The position numbers and the translations under genes are program-made. A stretch of 43,680 bases of DNA from a virus (taxonomy: Duplodnaviria; Caudoviricetes): positions 1 through 43,680 of the IMG/VR virus record IMGVR_UViG_3300044806_000291, one strand, 5' to 3'. Below the pieces are notes generated by a model. The model was not told the origin of the DNA. It worked only from the letters and a program-made list of their open reading frames with translations, and made no database searches. This document shows positions 1-9,029 of the stretch, piece after piece; position 1 is the stretch's first letter, and the number at the start of each line of letters is the position of its first letter.

Positions 1-127
1 ACGAACGAGGGGCGGACGACATGAGCAAGATCGCGATGATGAAGCGGGAGATCGGTCAGGAGGCGTTCCGCGCTCTGGGTCTGGCCGGCGTGACTCACTC
101 GGGTGCTGTCGTGGTTCTGGCCGATGG
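1..127. repeat. Terminal overlap identical to 43554-43680 (circular assembly junction)
   Basis: Exact 127-bp identity between the window ends; 127 is a typical assembler k-mer length. Confidence 0.95.
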
Positions 128-245
128 TGACGCGATGGCGCGTCTTCGCGGGGCGGGCGTTGTCGGACCGAACGACGGACTGACGATCGTCGGGTCCGGA
201 CTGGCGATGCAGGCTCAGAAGCTGATCGAGGACGAGTTGTTCTGA
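21..245 (+). CDS. Hypothetical protein
   Basis: ORF preceded by GAGGGG Shine-Dalgarno; promoter 43490-43518 lies upstream across the junction. Confidence 0.7.
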   Translation: MSKIAMMKREIGQEAFRALGLAGVTHSGAVVVLADGDAMARLRGAGVVGPNDGLTIVGSGLAMQAQKLIEDELF

Positions 246-261
246 GTTCTGGCCGATGGTC

Positions 262-288
262 CGCCCGTGATCCTCGCGATCACGGGCG
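262..288 (+). terminator. Stem-loop, probable terminator
   Basis: CGCCCGTGATC-5 nt-GATCACGGGCG, an 11-bp inverted repeat after the gene 21-245 stop. Confidence 0.5.
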
Positions 289-332
289 CACTGCTGTATC
301 GTGAGCGTGTGAATAGTCGAGGGGCGAAAGCT

Positions 333-884
333 GTGAAGCAAATTCTTGGCGGAGATGGCGGTTCGCGTGTCGTCGTGGATGCGGCGGGGCGTCCGCGGAC
401 CAAGGGATCGCTGAAGCCGATCCATCAGAAGCTGGGGGCGGGGCGCTGTCGCGTGTCGCTGACCGAGTCCGGGGAGTACTCCGACGCGTGGAAGCGGACG
501 GTTATCGCGGCGATCCGTGCGGCGTGCGTAGTGTCGCGGTTCGCGGGTCCGGTGATCGTGGACTGCGTGTTCCGCTTCGAGCGGCTGTGCGAGCCGGATC
601 AGGCGTTGGCCTGGCCGACGCGAGAGCAGGGCACGTACGCTCATGGGGACGTGGACAAATTGACACGGCTGATTTTTGACTCCCTGACTCAGTCGGGTCT
701 GATTCTCGACGACTCGCTGATCGTAGGTGGCTCGTCGTTCAAGCGCTGGGCCCTTGATGGCGAGACGGCTGGGGTTCAGGTCACCGTGCACAATGTCGAT
801 TCCGTGGGTCTGGGATGGCCGGAGGCGAACGAAAGTGCTCCGGGGGCACCCGAGGTAGGGGTCGGGGATTCCGATGGCTCCTGA
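333..884 (+). CDS. rusA: RusA-family Holliday junction resolvase
   Basis: PRTKGS N-terminal motif and GDVDKLTRLIFDSLTQSGLILDDSLI (DxDKL...D...DD). GTG start at 333 chosen for its GAGGGGCGA SD; the ORF is open from 267. Confidence 0.85.
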   Translation: MKQILGGDGGSRVVVDAAGRPRTKGSLKPIHQKLGAGRCRVSLTESGEYSDAWKRTVIAAIRAACVVSRFAGPVIVDCVFRFERLCEPDQALAWPTREQGTYAHGDVDKLTRLIFDSLTQSGLILDDSLIVGGSSFKRWALDGETAGVQVTVHNVDSVGLGWPEANESAPGAPEVGVGDSDGS

Positions 885-1527
885 GGGCTCTCAGGAGGCT
901 TTCACGTATCTCGCCGAGATGGACGAGCGCGAGAGTGCGATCGACGTCTGGAGTCTGGCCGCCGAAGCGGGGGTCGTCCGGCGTTGCGCTTGTGGGCGGG
1001 TGGCCCTCGGGGATGCCGTGGCGCACACGGAGGACGGATGCCGGCCGCTGGCCGCGCACGTCGTGGTGGAGCGCGCCGCGTTCCCTGCGCCAGAGGTGAC
1101 CTCTCGCGATCCGTGGGACGGGGTGACGGGGCTACCGTCCGCGGTGGCGAAGCTGGCCGAGAAGGCGCGTGCGGCATCGTGGCGAGTCAGGGTGCAGCGC
1201 AGCAAGGGTTGCGCCCCGCATGCCACCCATGGGGCCGCTGGGGCCGTCAAATGGCGGTACGCGGTGCGGTGCGCTCTTGAGGGACGAGGGGCGTACGCGG
1301 TGTACGACGCTCGCGGCGAGACGTGGAAAAGCGTCATGCTGTGGGGTCGGGACTGTCCCGTGTTCCCGCACGCTTCGGTGACGGACCTCGGGGTGTATCT
1401 GGCCGCGGGTGGCGTGATGGACGCCGACTGGTACGACGCGATCCGCGCTCACGTGGTTGACGGCGCTGTACGCAAGAAGGAAGCGGCTGTGAGCAGGCCT
1501 CGAAGCAAGAGGGAGGGAATGCAGTGA
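874..1527 (+). CDS. Hypothetical protein
   Basis: 217-aa ORF overlapping both neighbours in the operon. Confidence 0.7.
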   Translation: MAPEGSQEAFTYLAEMDERESAIDVWSLAAEAGVVRRCACGRVALGDAVAHTEDGCRPLAAHVVVERAAFPAPEVTSRDPWDGVTGLPSAVAKLAEKARAASWRVRVQRSKGCAPHATHGAAGAVKWRYAVRCALEGRGAYAVYDARGETWKSVMLWGRDCPVFPHASVTDLGVYLAAGGVMDADWYDAIRAHVVDGAVRKKEAAVSRPRSKREGMQ

Positions 1528-1727
1528 AGATCGAACTGGTGGGCGGTCCGTTGTGCGGTGAGATCGTGCCGATGACGCCGGATCTCATGCCGCGCGTGGC
1601 GTTGTGGGATTGGCAAGGGGGCGCCGTGACGTACGCACGGCGCGATGGTGGGACGACGATCTGCCCGATGTACGGACGGGCCGGCGTCCGCATGTACGAA
1701 TACGTTCGCCCGGGGGTGCCGGCGTGA
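1524..1727 (+). CDS. Hypothetical protein (LxGGPxxG motif)
   Basis: GTGA overlaps at both ends; ELVGGPLCG motif is common in small actinophage proteins. Confidence 0.65.
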   Translation: MKIELVGGPLCGEIVPMTPDLMPRVALWDWQGGAVTYARRDGGTTICPMYGRAGVRMYEYVRPGVPA

Positions 1728-2185
1728 GTGATCGCTACGCCATCCGGGACATGGAGATCTACGAGAAGCGGATGCGCGGCGCGCGCCTTCAGCAACTCGC
1801 CGACGAATACGGGCTGAGCGATTCCGGGGTGTGCGCGGTCGTTCAGAACGTCGGGCGTTCCATGCCCGAACTCGACAGGTCGGCCCTGGTGGGGATCACT
1901 GTCGGATGGCTGATGGAAATGCGTGCGAAGGTTTTGGAGCTTTCAGAGCGAGAAGGGGCGCCCGTCACTGTCGGTCAACGCGGTGACATTCTCCGTGAGC
2001 CATCCGAGGATGGCGAGGGGGAGATCGTTCGCGATTACTCGCTGCGCATCAAGTCGATCGAGACGGCGCTGAGAATCGATGCTGCGTTCGCCAAGCGGCT
2101 TGGGCTCGATGCTCCGTCCGAGTCTATCGTCAAGGCGAGCGTGCAGTACGAGGTGGTTGGATTGGACCCGGAGGCGCTGACGTGA
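1724..2185 (+). CDS. HTH protein, probable terminase small subunit
   Basis: N-terminal HTH (RMRGARLQQLADEYGLSDSGV) and C-terminal AKRLGLDAP; located upstream of terL. Confidence 0.6.
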   Translation: MSDRYAIRDMEIYEKRMRGARLQQLADEYGLSDSGVCAVVQNVGRSMPELDRSALVGITVGWLMEMRAKVLELSEREGAPVTVGQRGDILREPSEDGEGEIVRDYSLRIKSIETALRIDAAFAKRLGLDAPSESIVKASVQYEVVGLDPEALT

Positions 2186-2367
2186 GCATGGCAATCACGG
2201 TGATACGCGATGCGGACGGTGATGCGTGGCTGAGGATCGGCCCTGATCGTTGGGCTTTGGTGTCGGATGTGATGCGCGGCGTGAAGTACGCGGAGCGTTA
2301 CGCATCGACGCGTGAGGAGATCGAGGCATACGGGCCGTTCACCGAAGAGTGGAGCATCGAGACGTGA
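2182..2367 (+). CDS. Hypothetical protein
   Basis: GTGA overlap; VIRDADGDAW motif. Confidence 0.6.
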   Translation: MSMAITVIRDADGDAWLRIGPDRWALVSDVMRGVKYAERYASTREEIEAYGPFTEEWSIET

Positions 2368-2434
2368 GGCTGTCTGACTGGTTGTGGGATGCGCTGACTG
2401 TCGTCGAGGTGACGATCGCCGTCCTGTTGGTCAC

Positions 2435-2623
2435 GTGAGGATCGCGTGGCGCACTCCGCCTGCCGGTCCCGTGGCGCGCGTGGTGTCCGGCCGGGCGGAG
2501 TGTGTGCATGATGCCTGGCCGGGCGCGCCGATGGCGGTGTGCGGGTTGCGCTGGACTCGGGTGGCGACGGTGCGTCAGGTCGGCAGGTTGCGAGTGTGCA
2601 GGCGATGCAGGGGGTATCGATGA
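2435..2623 (+). CDS. Small putative Zn-binding protein
   Basis: VH...AVCG...VCRRC pattern; part of a chain of 4-bp overlaps (2364-2438, 2435-2623, 2620-2766). Confidence 0.5.
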   Translation: MRIAWRTPPAGPVARVVSGRAECVHDAWPGAPMAVCGLRWTRVATVRQVGRLRVCRRCRGYR

Positions 2624-2766
2624 GCCGATGGCGTTCGGGTCTGTGGTCGGTGGTGGCGTTGTGCGTCGCCCTGGCCGATTCGCGTTCGGGATGGCTTGCT
2701 GTTTGCGCATGCCTCATTGGTGCTGCTATGATTAGCGTGTTGCTGATTACTGAGAGGGGCGAATGA
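2620..2766 (+). CDS. Small membrane protein
   Basis: Two hydrophobic segments; ATGA overlaps at both ends. Confidence 0.5.
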   Translation: MSRWRSGLWSVVALCVALADSRSGWLAVCACLIGAAMISVLLITERGE

Positions 2767-3386
2767 TGGGACCTGAGTTCAAGGCGTGGCCGAAGACGCC
2801 GCGCCTGTTCCGTGACATGGTGATCACGGAGAAGATCGACGGCACGAACGCCGCCGTTATCATCGAGCCGTCCGACATGGGCGCCGACGATGACGGATGG
2901 TGCGCGAACACCGTCGGGCCGGACGGCGAGTGGTACAAGGTCGGCGCGCAGTCACGCAACCGCGTGATCGAGCCGGGGCGGGACAACGCCGGATTCGCGA
3001 CATGGGTTGATGCGAACGCCGAATCCCTGATCGCCGATCTCGGTGCTGGCTACCACTACGGGGAGTGGTGGGGTTCCGGGATCCAGCGGGGGTACGGCCT
3101 GACGGGTGGCGAGAAGCGCTTCTCGCTGTTCAACGTCAATCGGTACGCACGCCCCGAGGGGACGTCGTTCGTCACCCCCGATGTCGACATCGTGCCGATC
3201 CTCGCTCGGTTCACGTTCTCGACGGGAGTCGTTCAGGAAGTGCTCCTCGATCTCGGCAAGACGGGCTCGCGCGCCGCACCTGGGTTCATGCGTCCCGAGG
3301 GTGTCGTCGTCTTCCACGCCGCGGCCGGCATCGTGTTCAAGGCGACGATCGACGGCGACGAAGAGCCGAAAGGCGTGCGGCGATGA
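2763..3386 (+). CDS. RNA ligase (Rnl2-like nucleotidyltransferase)
   Basis: Motif I TEKIDGTNA, QSRNR, YGEWWG, FSLFN, EGVVV and FK. Confidence 0.85.
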   Translation: MMGPEFKAWPKTPRLFRDMVITEKIDGTNAAVIIEPSDMGADDDGWCANTVGPDGEWYKVGAQSRNRVIEPGRDNAGFATWVDANAESLIADLGAGYHYGEWWGSGIQRGYGLTGGEKRFSLFNVNRYARPEGTSFVTPDVDIVPILARFTFSTGVVQEVLLDLGKTGSRAAPGFMRPEGVVVFHAAAGIVFKATIDGDEEPKGVRR

Positions 3387-3622
3387 GTGATGCGAAACGG
3401 TGGATCGAGGACGCGCGCATCGCGGCACGCATGCACGCTCAGGGGTTGCCGCTCGACATCATGCTGAGCGTCGACAGGGGCAGTGACGCCGTGGTGCTGC
3501 GCGTGACCACACGTCACCTGACGCGCGTCGAGGCGCGCGCACTGGGCATGGCGCTGATCGAGGCCGCTCTTCTGGCTGGCGAGCGTGACGTATCGTCCGC
3601 ACATGATCGAACCGATTCGTAA
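3383..3622 (+). CDS. Hypothetical protein
   Basis: ATGA overlap with the ligase stop. Confidence 0.55.
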   Translation: MSDAKRWIEDARIAARMHAQGLPLDIMLSVDRGSDAVVLRVTTRHLTRVEARALGMALIEAALLAGERDVSSAHDRTDS

Positions 3623-4985
3623 GCGGATCGAACTCAGGGGAGCGGCCAGAGAGATCCTCTCTGACCGCTCCCCTGAATGCCTTGTCGCCGGCCCAGCCGG
3701 CACGGGGAAGAGCTTCGCTTCGCTCTACAAGATCCACTTGATGTGCCTGCTCAACGGAGCGTGCAGGAAGGACTGCGAGAAAGAGCACGAGCATGCGTTG
3801 ACGGGGATGCGCGCGCTCATCGTGCGGAAGACAGCGAAGAGTCTGACGTCGACTGGTCTGGTGACGTTCAGGGAACAGGTTGCCGCCGACGCCATCGCGC
3901 AAGGAATTCTGAAGTGGTACGGCGGATCAAGCGAGAAGCCCGCGCAGTATCAGTACACCAACGGCAGCGTGATCGTTGTCGGTGGCCTCGATAACCCTGA
4001 CAAGATCATGTCTGCGGAATATGACATCATCTTTATTCAAGAGGCAACTGACTGCACGGTAGAAGACTGGGAGAAATGCAACTCCCGCTTGCGTAACGGC
4101 AGGGTTTCATTCCAGCAACTATTGGCAGACTGCAATCCACAGCAACCCTCCCATCCGCTGAAAAAGCGATGCGATGAGGGCCTGACAAAGATGCTGCTCT
4201 CGCGTCACGAGGACAATCCCCGGCTGTTCGACGCTGGCGGGGAGGTCACTGCCTACGGCGAGGCGTACATTCGCCGGCTCGACAACCTCACTGGCGTACG
4301 GCGCGAGCGCTTGCGCTACGGACGCTGGGCCGCGGCTGAGGGCATGATCTACGAGACGTTCAGGCCCGACATCCACCTGTCCGATCGCAAGGTCCTGCCG
4401 ATGGACTGGCCGCGCATATGGGGTGTCGACTTCGGGTACACGAACCCGTTCGTGTGGCAGATGTGGGCGATCGATCCCGACGGACGGCTGTATCTTGAGA
4501 AGGAAATCTACCGGACACAGAGGCTTGTCGAGGATCACGCAAAGGATATCCTCGCTGTCGTGACGCGCGCGTCCGATGGCAAGTGGAAGTATCCGAAACC
4601 GATGGCGATCGTGTGCGATCACGACGCAGAGGACAGGGCGACGCTCGAACGGCACATCGGGATCGGCACCACAGCAGCCAGCAAGAACGTGAGCGAGGGC
4701 ATTCAGGCTGTACAGACACGCTTAAAGGTGGCCACTGACGGACTGCCGCGCCTGTTCCTCTGTCGTGACGCGCTGGTGTCACGCGATGAGGAGCTGCGCC
4801 AGGCCGGCAAGCCGACATCGACGATCGAGGAGATCGAGGGTTACGTGTGGGAGCCGTCGCCTGATGGCAAGCCGTTGAAAGATCGACCGTTGAAACTCAA
4901 CGACCATGGCGTCGACAGTGCACGCTATGTGTGCGCACATCAGGACTTCGCCCCCAGGGCGCGCGTCAGATTCATCGACAACTGA
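3585..4985 (+). CDS. terL: Terminase large subunit (PBSX-like)
   Basis: Walker A GPAGTGKS, Walker B IFIQEA, DCNP coupling motif, nuclease GVDFGYTNP and C-terminal DHGVDSARY. Confidence 0.95.
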   Translation: MTYRPHMIEPIRKRIELRGAAREILSDRSPECLVAGPAGTGKSFASLYKIHLMCLLNGACRKDCEKEHEHALTGMRALIVRKTAKSLTSTGLVTFREQVAADAIAQGILKWYGGSSEKPAQYQYTNGSVIVVGGLDNPDKIMSAEYDIIFIQEATDCTVEDWEKCNSRLRNGRVSFQQLLADCNPQQPSHPLKKRCDEGLTKMLLSRHEDNPRLFDAGGEVTAYGEAYIRRLDNLTGVRRERLRYGRWAAAEGMIYETFRPDIHLSDRKVLPMDWPRIWGVDFGYTNPFVWQMWAIDPDGRLYLEKEIYRTQRLVEDHAKDILAVVTRASDGKWKYPKPMAIVCDHDAEDRATLERHIGIGTTAASKNVSEGIQAVQTRLKVATDGLPRLFLCRDALVSRDEELRQAGKPTSTIEEIEGYVWEPSPDGKPLKDRPLKLNDHGVDSARYVCAHQDFAPRARVRFIDN

Positions 4986-5011
4986 TCTATCGCGTGTGAT
5001 AGAATCAGGGC

Positions 5012-5341
5012 ATGGGAGCAAAGAAGGACCTCAGGCGCGCACTCGATCTCGCGCACGAAGACTGGCAGCGCATTCTCGTCGAGAATCGCAGACTGCGTGA
5101 GGAGATCGAGGCGCGCGACGCTGGCCGTGAGGCGACGCTGCGCGAAGCGCTCAGGGACATGGCCGAGCACGAATTCGCGATCATCACGCGGTCCGGGCGC
5201 GTCGTTGCCGCGCGCGCCGTCGATACACGGATCGAGAGCGCGCCCTACTCGGTGGGCGCCGAGGCGAACGGCTGGGCTATTCAGGTCCCCGGCCCGCGTG
5301 AGTACACGGCCAACATCGTTCTCAGTTCGATCAACAGGTAG
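5012..5341 (+). CDS. Hypothetical protein (N-terminal coiled coil), probably leaderless
   Basis: TAGAAT -10 box at 5000-5005, 6 nt before the ATG. Confidence 0.65.
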   Translation: MGAKKDLRRALDLAHEDWQRILVENRRLREEIEARDAGREATLREALRDMAEHEFAIITRSGRVVAARAVDTRIESAPYSVGAEANGWAIQVPGPREYTANIVLSSINR

Positions 5342-5352
5342 AGGGGCTAGAT

Positions 5353-5520
5353 ATGACGAACAAGGGCAAGAACAAGGGCGCGGACGATCCGCGCCGATCC
5401 GAGGACACGACACGCAAGAACGCCAAGGACGAGGCGGTCCATCGGGATCCCGACATCGCCGGCGTGATGCGTCGCGAGTCCAACGACGTGCACATGCGGG
5501 ATCGGCGCGACCGTGGCTGA
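5353..5520 (+). CDS. Small charged hypothetical protein
   Basis: GAGGGG SD, ATG at 5353, 55 aa (below the ORF-track cutoff). Confidence 0.55.
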   Translation: MTNKGKNKGADDPRRSEDTTRKNAKDEAVHRDPDIAGVMRRESNDVHMRDRRDRG

Positions 5521-5598
5521 GCGTGAAGAGCCGGCCAAGGCCAAGGGCGAGGATTCGAAACCCGAACGGCCAAAACCTGACCCCTCGTCGGCGCCTCG

Positions 5599-5802
5599 AT
5601 GAGCAGGGCGAGTGAGCGCGCCGTCAGAGAGCGCGCGGACGAGATCCTCAGGGCTGCTCACAAGCGCGGCGAGGAGGTCGGCGGGGGCTACGGCGCCGGA
5701 CGGATGACGAAAGCGCAGAAGAAGTCACAGGCGACGCACATCCCGCTCACGCGGGGGCCGGACACTACGGCCAAGAAGGTTGCACGGAAGCTCTGGGGAT
5801 AG
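5599..5802 (+). CDS. Hypothetical basic protein
   Basis: ORF followed directly by a terminator. Confidence 0.6.
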   Translation: MSRASERAVRERADEILRAAHKRGEEVGGGYGAGRMTKAQKKSQATHIPLTRGPDTTAKKVARKLWG

Positions 5803-5803
5803 C

Positions 5804-5838
5804 AAGAGCGGGGAGACGGATTCCGTCTCCCCGCTCTT
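5804..5838 (+). terminator. Intrinsic terminator hairpin
   Basis: 17-bp perfect inverted repeat AAGAGCGGGGAGACGGA/TCCGTCTCCCCGCTCTT. Confidence 0.8.
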
Positions 5839-5933
5839 CGTTGCGTGGATCTGCACTTCAGCATTTCCGATCCCTCGCTTGGTGATACCCGTAGCCTAAT
5901 TGATGCGCGCTAGAAATGCAAGCCCTGATTCTG

Positions 5934-5962
5934 TTGCGTCTGATTCCGTGTAGGGGTAGAGT
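5934..5962 (+). promoter_or_regulatory. Sigma-70-type promoter, leaderless gene
   Basis: TTGCGT-17 bp-TAGAGT, 6 nt before ATG 5969. Confidence 0.7.
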
Positions 5963-5968
5963 GAGGGC

Positions 5969-6280
5969 ATGGCGATTCATTACGAGAACTACCAGAGATT
6001 CAGTAAGGGGCAGGGGTTCGCTGGCGTGCTATGCCGGGGATTCGGCGTGTCCGCCAGTTCGAAGCGTTGGATGGCGGTTGACTGCCAGGCCTGCCGGGAG
6101 AAGATCGTCGGGCGCGAGGTGATCTCGCGCGAGGGTGAGCGCGGGTGCATCGAGCACGCTACGCAGGCTGGCATCGAAATTGCGCGCGGGGATTACTTCG
6201 CACCTATCACGTGGGCCGCGTTCGACAAGGACTGGGCGCCGCTCGATGTGGCGCTTGCGGCGGTGTTCGGCGATGAGTGA
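5969..6280 (+). CDS. Hypothetical protein (H/C Zn-like motif)
   Basis: AIH...LC...VDCQAC; has its own promoter. Confidence 0.65.
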   Translation: MAIHYENYQRFSKGQGFAGVLCRGFGVSASSKRWMAVDCQACREKIVGREVISREGERGCIEHATQAGIEIARGDYFAPITWAAFDKDWAPLDVALAAVFGDE

Positions 6281-6437
6281 GCGCGAGCCGCGCGAGGACT
6301 GGGACATGAACCGCGACGGCGGGGGCGCGTGGGAGCGCGAGCGCCGCACGCCGACGAGCGCCGATCGCATCCGTGCCGCGGCACGCGAGGCCGGCAGGAA
6401 GGCTGTGCGAGTGTTCGGGAAGGGGCGTCGTGACTAA
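6273..6437 (+). CDS. Hypothetical protein
   Basis: ORF overlapping both neighbours. Confidence 0.5.
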   Translation: MSEREPREDWDMNRDGGGAWERERRTPTSADRIRAAAREAGRKAVRVFGKGRRD

Positions 6438-6618
6438 GTCGGACGGATGCCCGAGCGTGACGGGTCATGACGTCGGGGGAACGACGGACGGCACGTGCAC
6501 ATGGTGCGGAAAGCGCATCGACCCTCCAACACCTCGCCCGAAGCTTCCGTATGGCTACGTCACCGGCCTCGATGAGGCGTACGGCAAGTTCTACGACCCT
6601 GACTATGACGGATTCTGA
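6430..6618 (+). CDS. Small putative Zn-finger protein
   Basis: C...H...CTWCG; AAGGGG SD before GTG. Confidence 0.55.
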   Translation: MTKSDGCPSVTGHDVGGTTDGTCTWCGKRIDPPTPRPKLPYGYVTGLDEAYGKFYDPDYDGF

Positions 6619-6635
6619 CTGATACTCTCGGCCGC

Positions 6636-6968
6636 ATGGTCTCTATCGGCATCGACGCGCCACGCAATCGGACGCGAGTGCTCACCCTCGGGGAGCGCAT
6701 CGCGCAGCGTGACGCGTCGATTGCCGTTCGGATCGGGGTAATCGCCCTCGCGGGGTTGCGAGGGAAGCGATTCCTTCGGGCGGCCAGGACCGCCGGCGGA
6801 CGAGCGATCGTCATGGTGTTCGCTGTCCTTGGCGCCTTCGGCGCTCGTCACGGGTTGGTGCTCGGAGCGCTCACGGCGTTCACGGTGGCGGCGTGGCGCG
6901 TCGATGCGGTTGCCGGCCTCGTGACGATGGGCGTGGGGATGTTCTTCCTCGAACTGAGGCGCAAGTAG
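6636..6968 (+). CDS. Membrane protein
   Basis: Hydrophobic C-terminal segments. Confidence 0.65.
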   Translation: MVSIGIDAPRNRTRVLTLGERIAQRDASIAVRIGVIALAGLRGKRFLRAARTAGGRAIVMVFAVLGAFGARHGLVLGALTAFTVAAWRVDAVAGLVTMGVGMFFLELRRK

Positions 6969-7010
6969 TTGTTGCGTGCCTGATTCGTGCGTGCTAGACT
7001 TCTTGCATGA
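6939..7010 (+). repeat. 72-bp direct repeat, copy 1 (gene end + promoter TTGCGT-17-TAGACT + ATG)
   Basis: 67/72 identical to 7344-7415. Confidence 0.9.
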
Positions 7011-7309
7011 TGACAGCGAAGCACAACGGATGTTCGATCAAGGTTCGCGCGGGCAGGGGCGCGACGTGGGGGCGAATGTTCGCTACGGTCAACGGCTCGC
7101 CCTTCCCTGTCGTCGAAAAATTCGACGAGTCGGAGGCTATCGTCGAAATCAAGCGCACACTTGATTACGTGCACAGCGCGCCTGTCGATGGAGATCGCTG
7201 GCCCGCCAGCTATTACGCGCCAGGGACTTACGAGCTGTGTGATATCGGGATCCACCCTCGCGCGATCGGCGAGAAGTGCACCCATTTCGGTTGCTCGTCA
7301 GGGCGTTGA
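7007..7309 (+). CDS. Hypothetical protein between the direct repeats
   Basis: Leaderless ATG 6 nt after the -10 box. Confidence 0.7.
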   Translation: MMTAKHNGCSIKVRAGRGATWGRMFATVNGSPFPVVEKFDESEAIVEIKRTLDYVHSAPVDGDRWPASYYAPGTYELCDIGIHPRAIGEKCTHFGCSSGR

Positions 7310-7343
7310 TCGACGCGAGTGGACTGAGATGTCGATCGAGGGC

Positions 7344-7415
7344 ATGTTCTTCCTGGAGTTGAGGCGCAAGTAGTTGTTGCGCGCTTGATTCGTGCGTGCT
7401 AGACTTCTTGCATGA
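7344..7415 (+). repeat. 72-bp direct repeat, copy 2 (promoter TTGCGC-17-TAGACT)
   Basis: 67/72 identical to 6939-7010. Confidence 0.9.
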
Positions 7416-7693
7416 GCGAAGTTGAGTACACCACTGAGGCCCTGATCACCCGCATGAACGACAAGGCTGCCAAGCTCGCCGGCCTCTCCGAGGCGATCGA
7501 GTACGGCACGGTCGGTACCCTCCTCCGTGGCGACGTGACCCGGATCGAATTCCTCAGCGAGGACCGCAGCGAGCGCTACTACGTTCTCGTCAAGTCCGAC
7601 GGCCGTACCTTCTGCCGGGGCTACGAGGTGAGCAGCACCGCTCGCGACCTGACCACCGAGGCAATCCGCAACTTCAAGACCCGTACCAACTGA
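7412..7693 (+). CDS. Hypothetical protein
   Basis: Leaderless ATG; strong GC3 codon bias. Confidence 0.75.
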   Translation: MSEVEYTTEALITRMNDKAAKLAGLSEAIEYGTVGTLLRGDVTRIEFLSEDRSERYYVLVKSDGRTFCRGYEVSSTARDLTTEAIRNFKTRTN

Positions 7694-7708
7694 TCACGAC
7701 TCAGCGCT

Positions 7709-7741
7709 AAGGCGCGCACCTTACGGGGTGCGCGCCTTTTT
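7709..7741 (+). terminator. Intrinsic terminator
   Basis: AAGGCGCGCACC/GGTGCGCGCCTT stem followed by a T tract. Confidence 0.8.
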
Positions 7742-7784
7742 GCTGTACCATCCCTGGCATGATGCTGGGGGTGAGTCGTTGAGC

Positions 7785-9029
7785 GTGCGTAGCCTGCTAG
7801 GCGGGATCGTCAACGACACGCCCGTCCCGCTCACCTCGCGATGGGCCGGACGCGGGATGCTGTCCGGGTTCTCGTTCGGGCGACGTGATCGCGAGACCGA
7901 CCTCAAGCAGCACACGGCCACGGCCACGCTCTACGGCGTGGTGACCACCCTCGCGCGGATGACGTCGGCAGTCGAGTGGGACCTGTGTCGTAAGCCGTCC
8001 AGCCCTGGCGACGAGCCTGTTCCCCTGACTGGCGCGCGCGCAGAGAACGCCGCACCGCTGAAGGTGTGGAACAGGCCCAACGACTTCATGACGCGCCCGT
8101 TCCTCGTGGCCGGCAGCCAGCAGCACAAGGACTTGTGCGGCGAGTTCTGGTGGGTGGTCGTCAAGTTCCTCGGAGTGCCCGTCGAACTCTGGCCGGTCCG
8201 TCCCGATCGCATGTTCCCCGTGCCGTCGACTACCAAGTTCATCGCCGGGTACATCTATCGCTCACCTGACGGCGAGGAGATCCCGCTCGAAGTCGACGAC
8301 GTGCTGAACTCGTTCCTGCCGTCGACAGTCGACCCGTACCGCGGTGAGGGTCCCGTCGGCGCCATCGCGAAAGACCTGGCGCAGAACGACGCTCAAGCGG
8401 CGTGGAACGCGAGCCTGTATCGCAACTCGGCGAACCCCGGCGGCATCATCAAGGTAGGCCGCCGGCTCGGCGATACCGAGTGGCAGGAACTCGTCGAGCG
8501 TTGGCGCATGCAGCATCAGGGTGTGCACAACGCCGGACGGGTGGCTGTCCTCGAAGAGGGTGATTTCACGCCCCTGTCGTACACGCAGCGTGACATGCAG
8601 TTCGTCGAGAGCAGGAACCTCACGCGCCAGGCCGTGTTCGACGCCTACGCGTTCCCCAAGTTCGGACTCGGGGATGTCGACGACGTCAACCGCGCGAGTG
8701 CTGAGGCGAGTCTGGCGCTGATGGCGCGCACCCTGACCACGCCGCGCGTCGATGACATCAAGAGCCTGCTCAATCATCGCTTCCTGCCGATGTTCGGCCC
8801 GCAATGGCGCAACTACCGCTTCGAGCCGCGTACGATCGTTCCGCCGGACGGCGAGAGTGAGCGCGCCGACCTGACCGCGCGTACGTCTGCGTTCGCCACA
8901 CTGATCGGTGCGCGCGTGAAGGCGGATCAGGCGTCCGAGGTGTGCGGGCTCCCGCCGCTGGAGCTGGAGCCCGAACCTGTAACTTCGAACGAGGACGACA
9001 AGGAGGGGGCGGACGATGACACCCAGTAA
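7785..9029 (+). CDS. Portal protein (HK97 family)
   Basis: PNDFMT, LWPVRPDRM, DPYRGEGP, NSANPGGII, NAGRVAVLEEG and DMQFVE motifs; start uncertain (ORF open from 7728). Confidence 0.93.
   Translation: MRSLLGGIVNDTPVPLTSRWAGRGMLSGFSFGRRDRETDLKQHTATATLYGVVTTLARMTSAVEWDLCRKPSSPGDEPVPLTGARAENAAPLKVWNRPNDFMTRPFLVAGSQQHKDLCGEFWWVVVKFLGVPVELWPVRPDRMFPVPSTTKFIAGYIYRSPDGEEIPLEVDDVLNSFLPSTVDPYRGEGPVGAIAKDLAQNDAQAAWNASLYRNSANPGGIIKVGRRLGDTEWQELVERWRMQHQGVHNAGRVAVLEEGDFTPLSYTQRDMQFVESRNLTRQAVFDAYAFPKFGLGDVDDVNRASAEASLALMARTLTTPRVDDIKSLLNHRFLPMFGPQWRNYRFEPRTIVPPDGESERADLTARTSAFATLIGARVKADQASEVCGLPPLELEPEPVTSNEDDKEGADDDTQ

Noticed and set aside
114-260. 15-bp direct repeat GTTCTGGCCGATGGT (114-128, 246-260)
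   Set aside because: A single short pair with no supporting structure; cannot be separated from chance or a minor duplication
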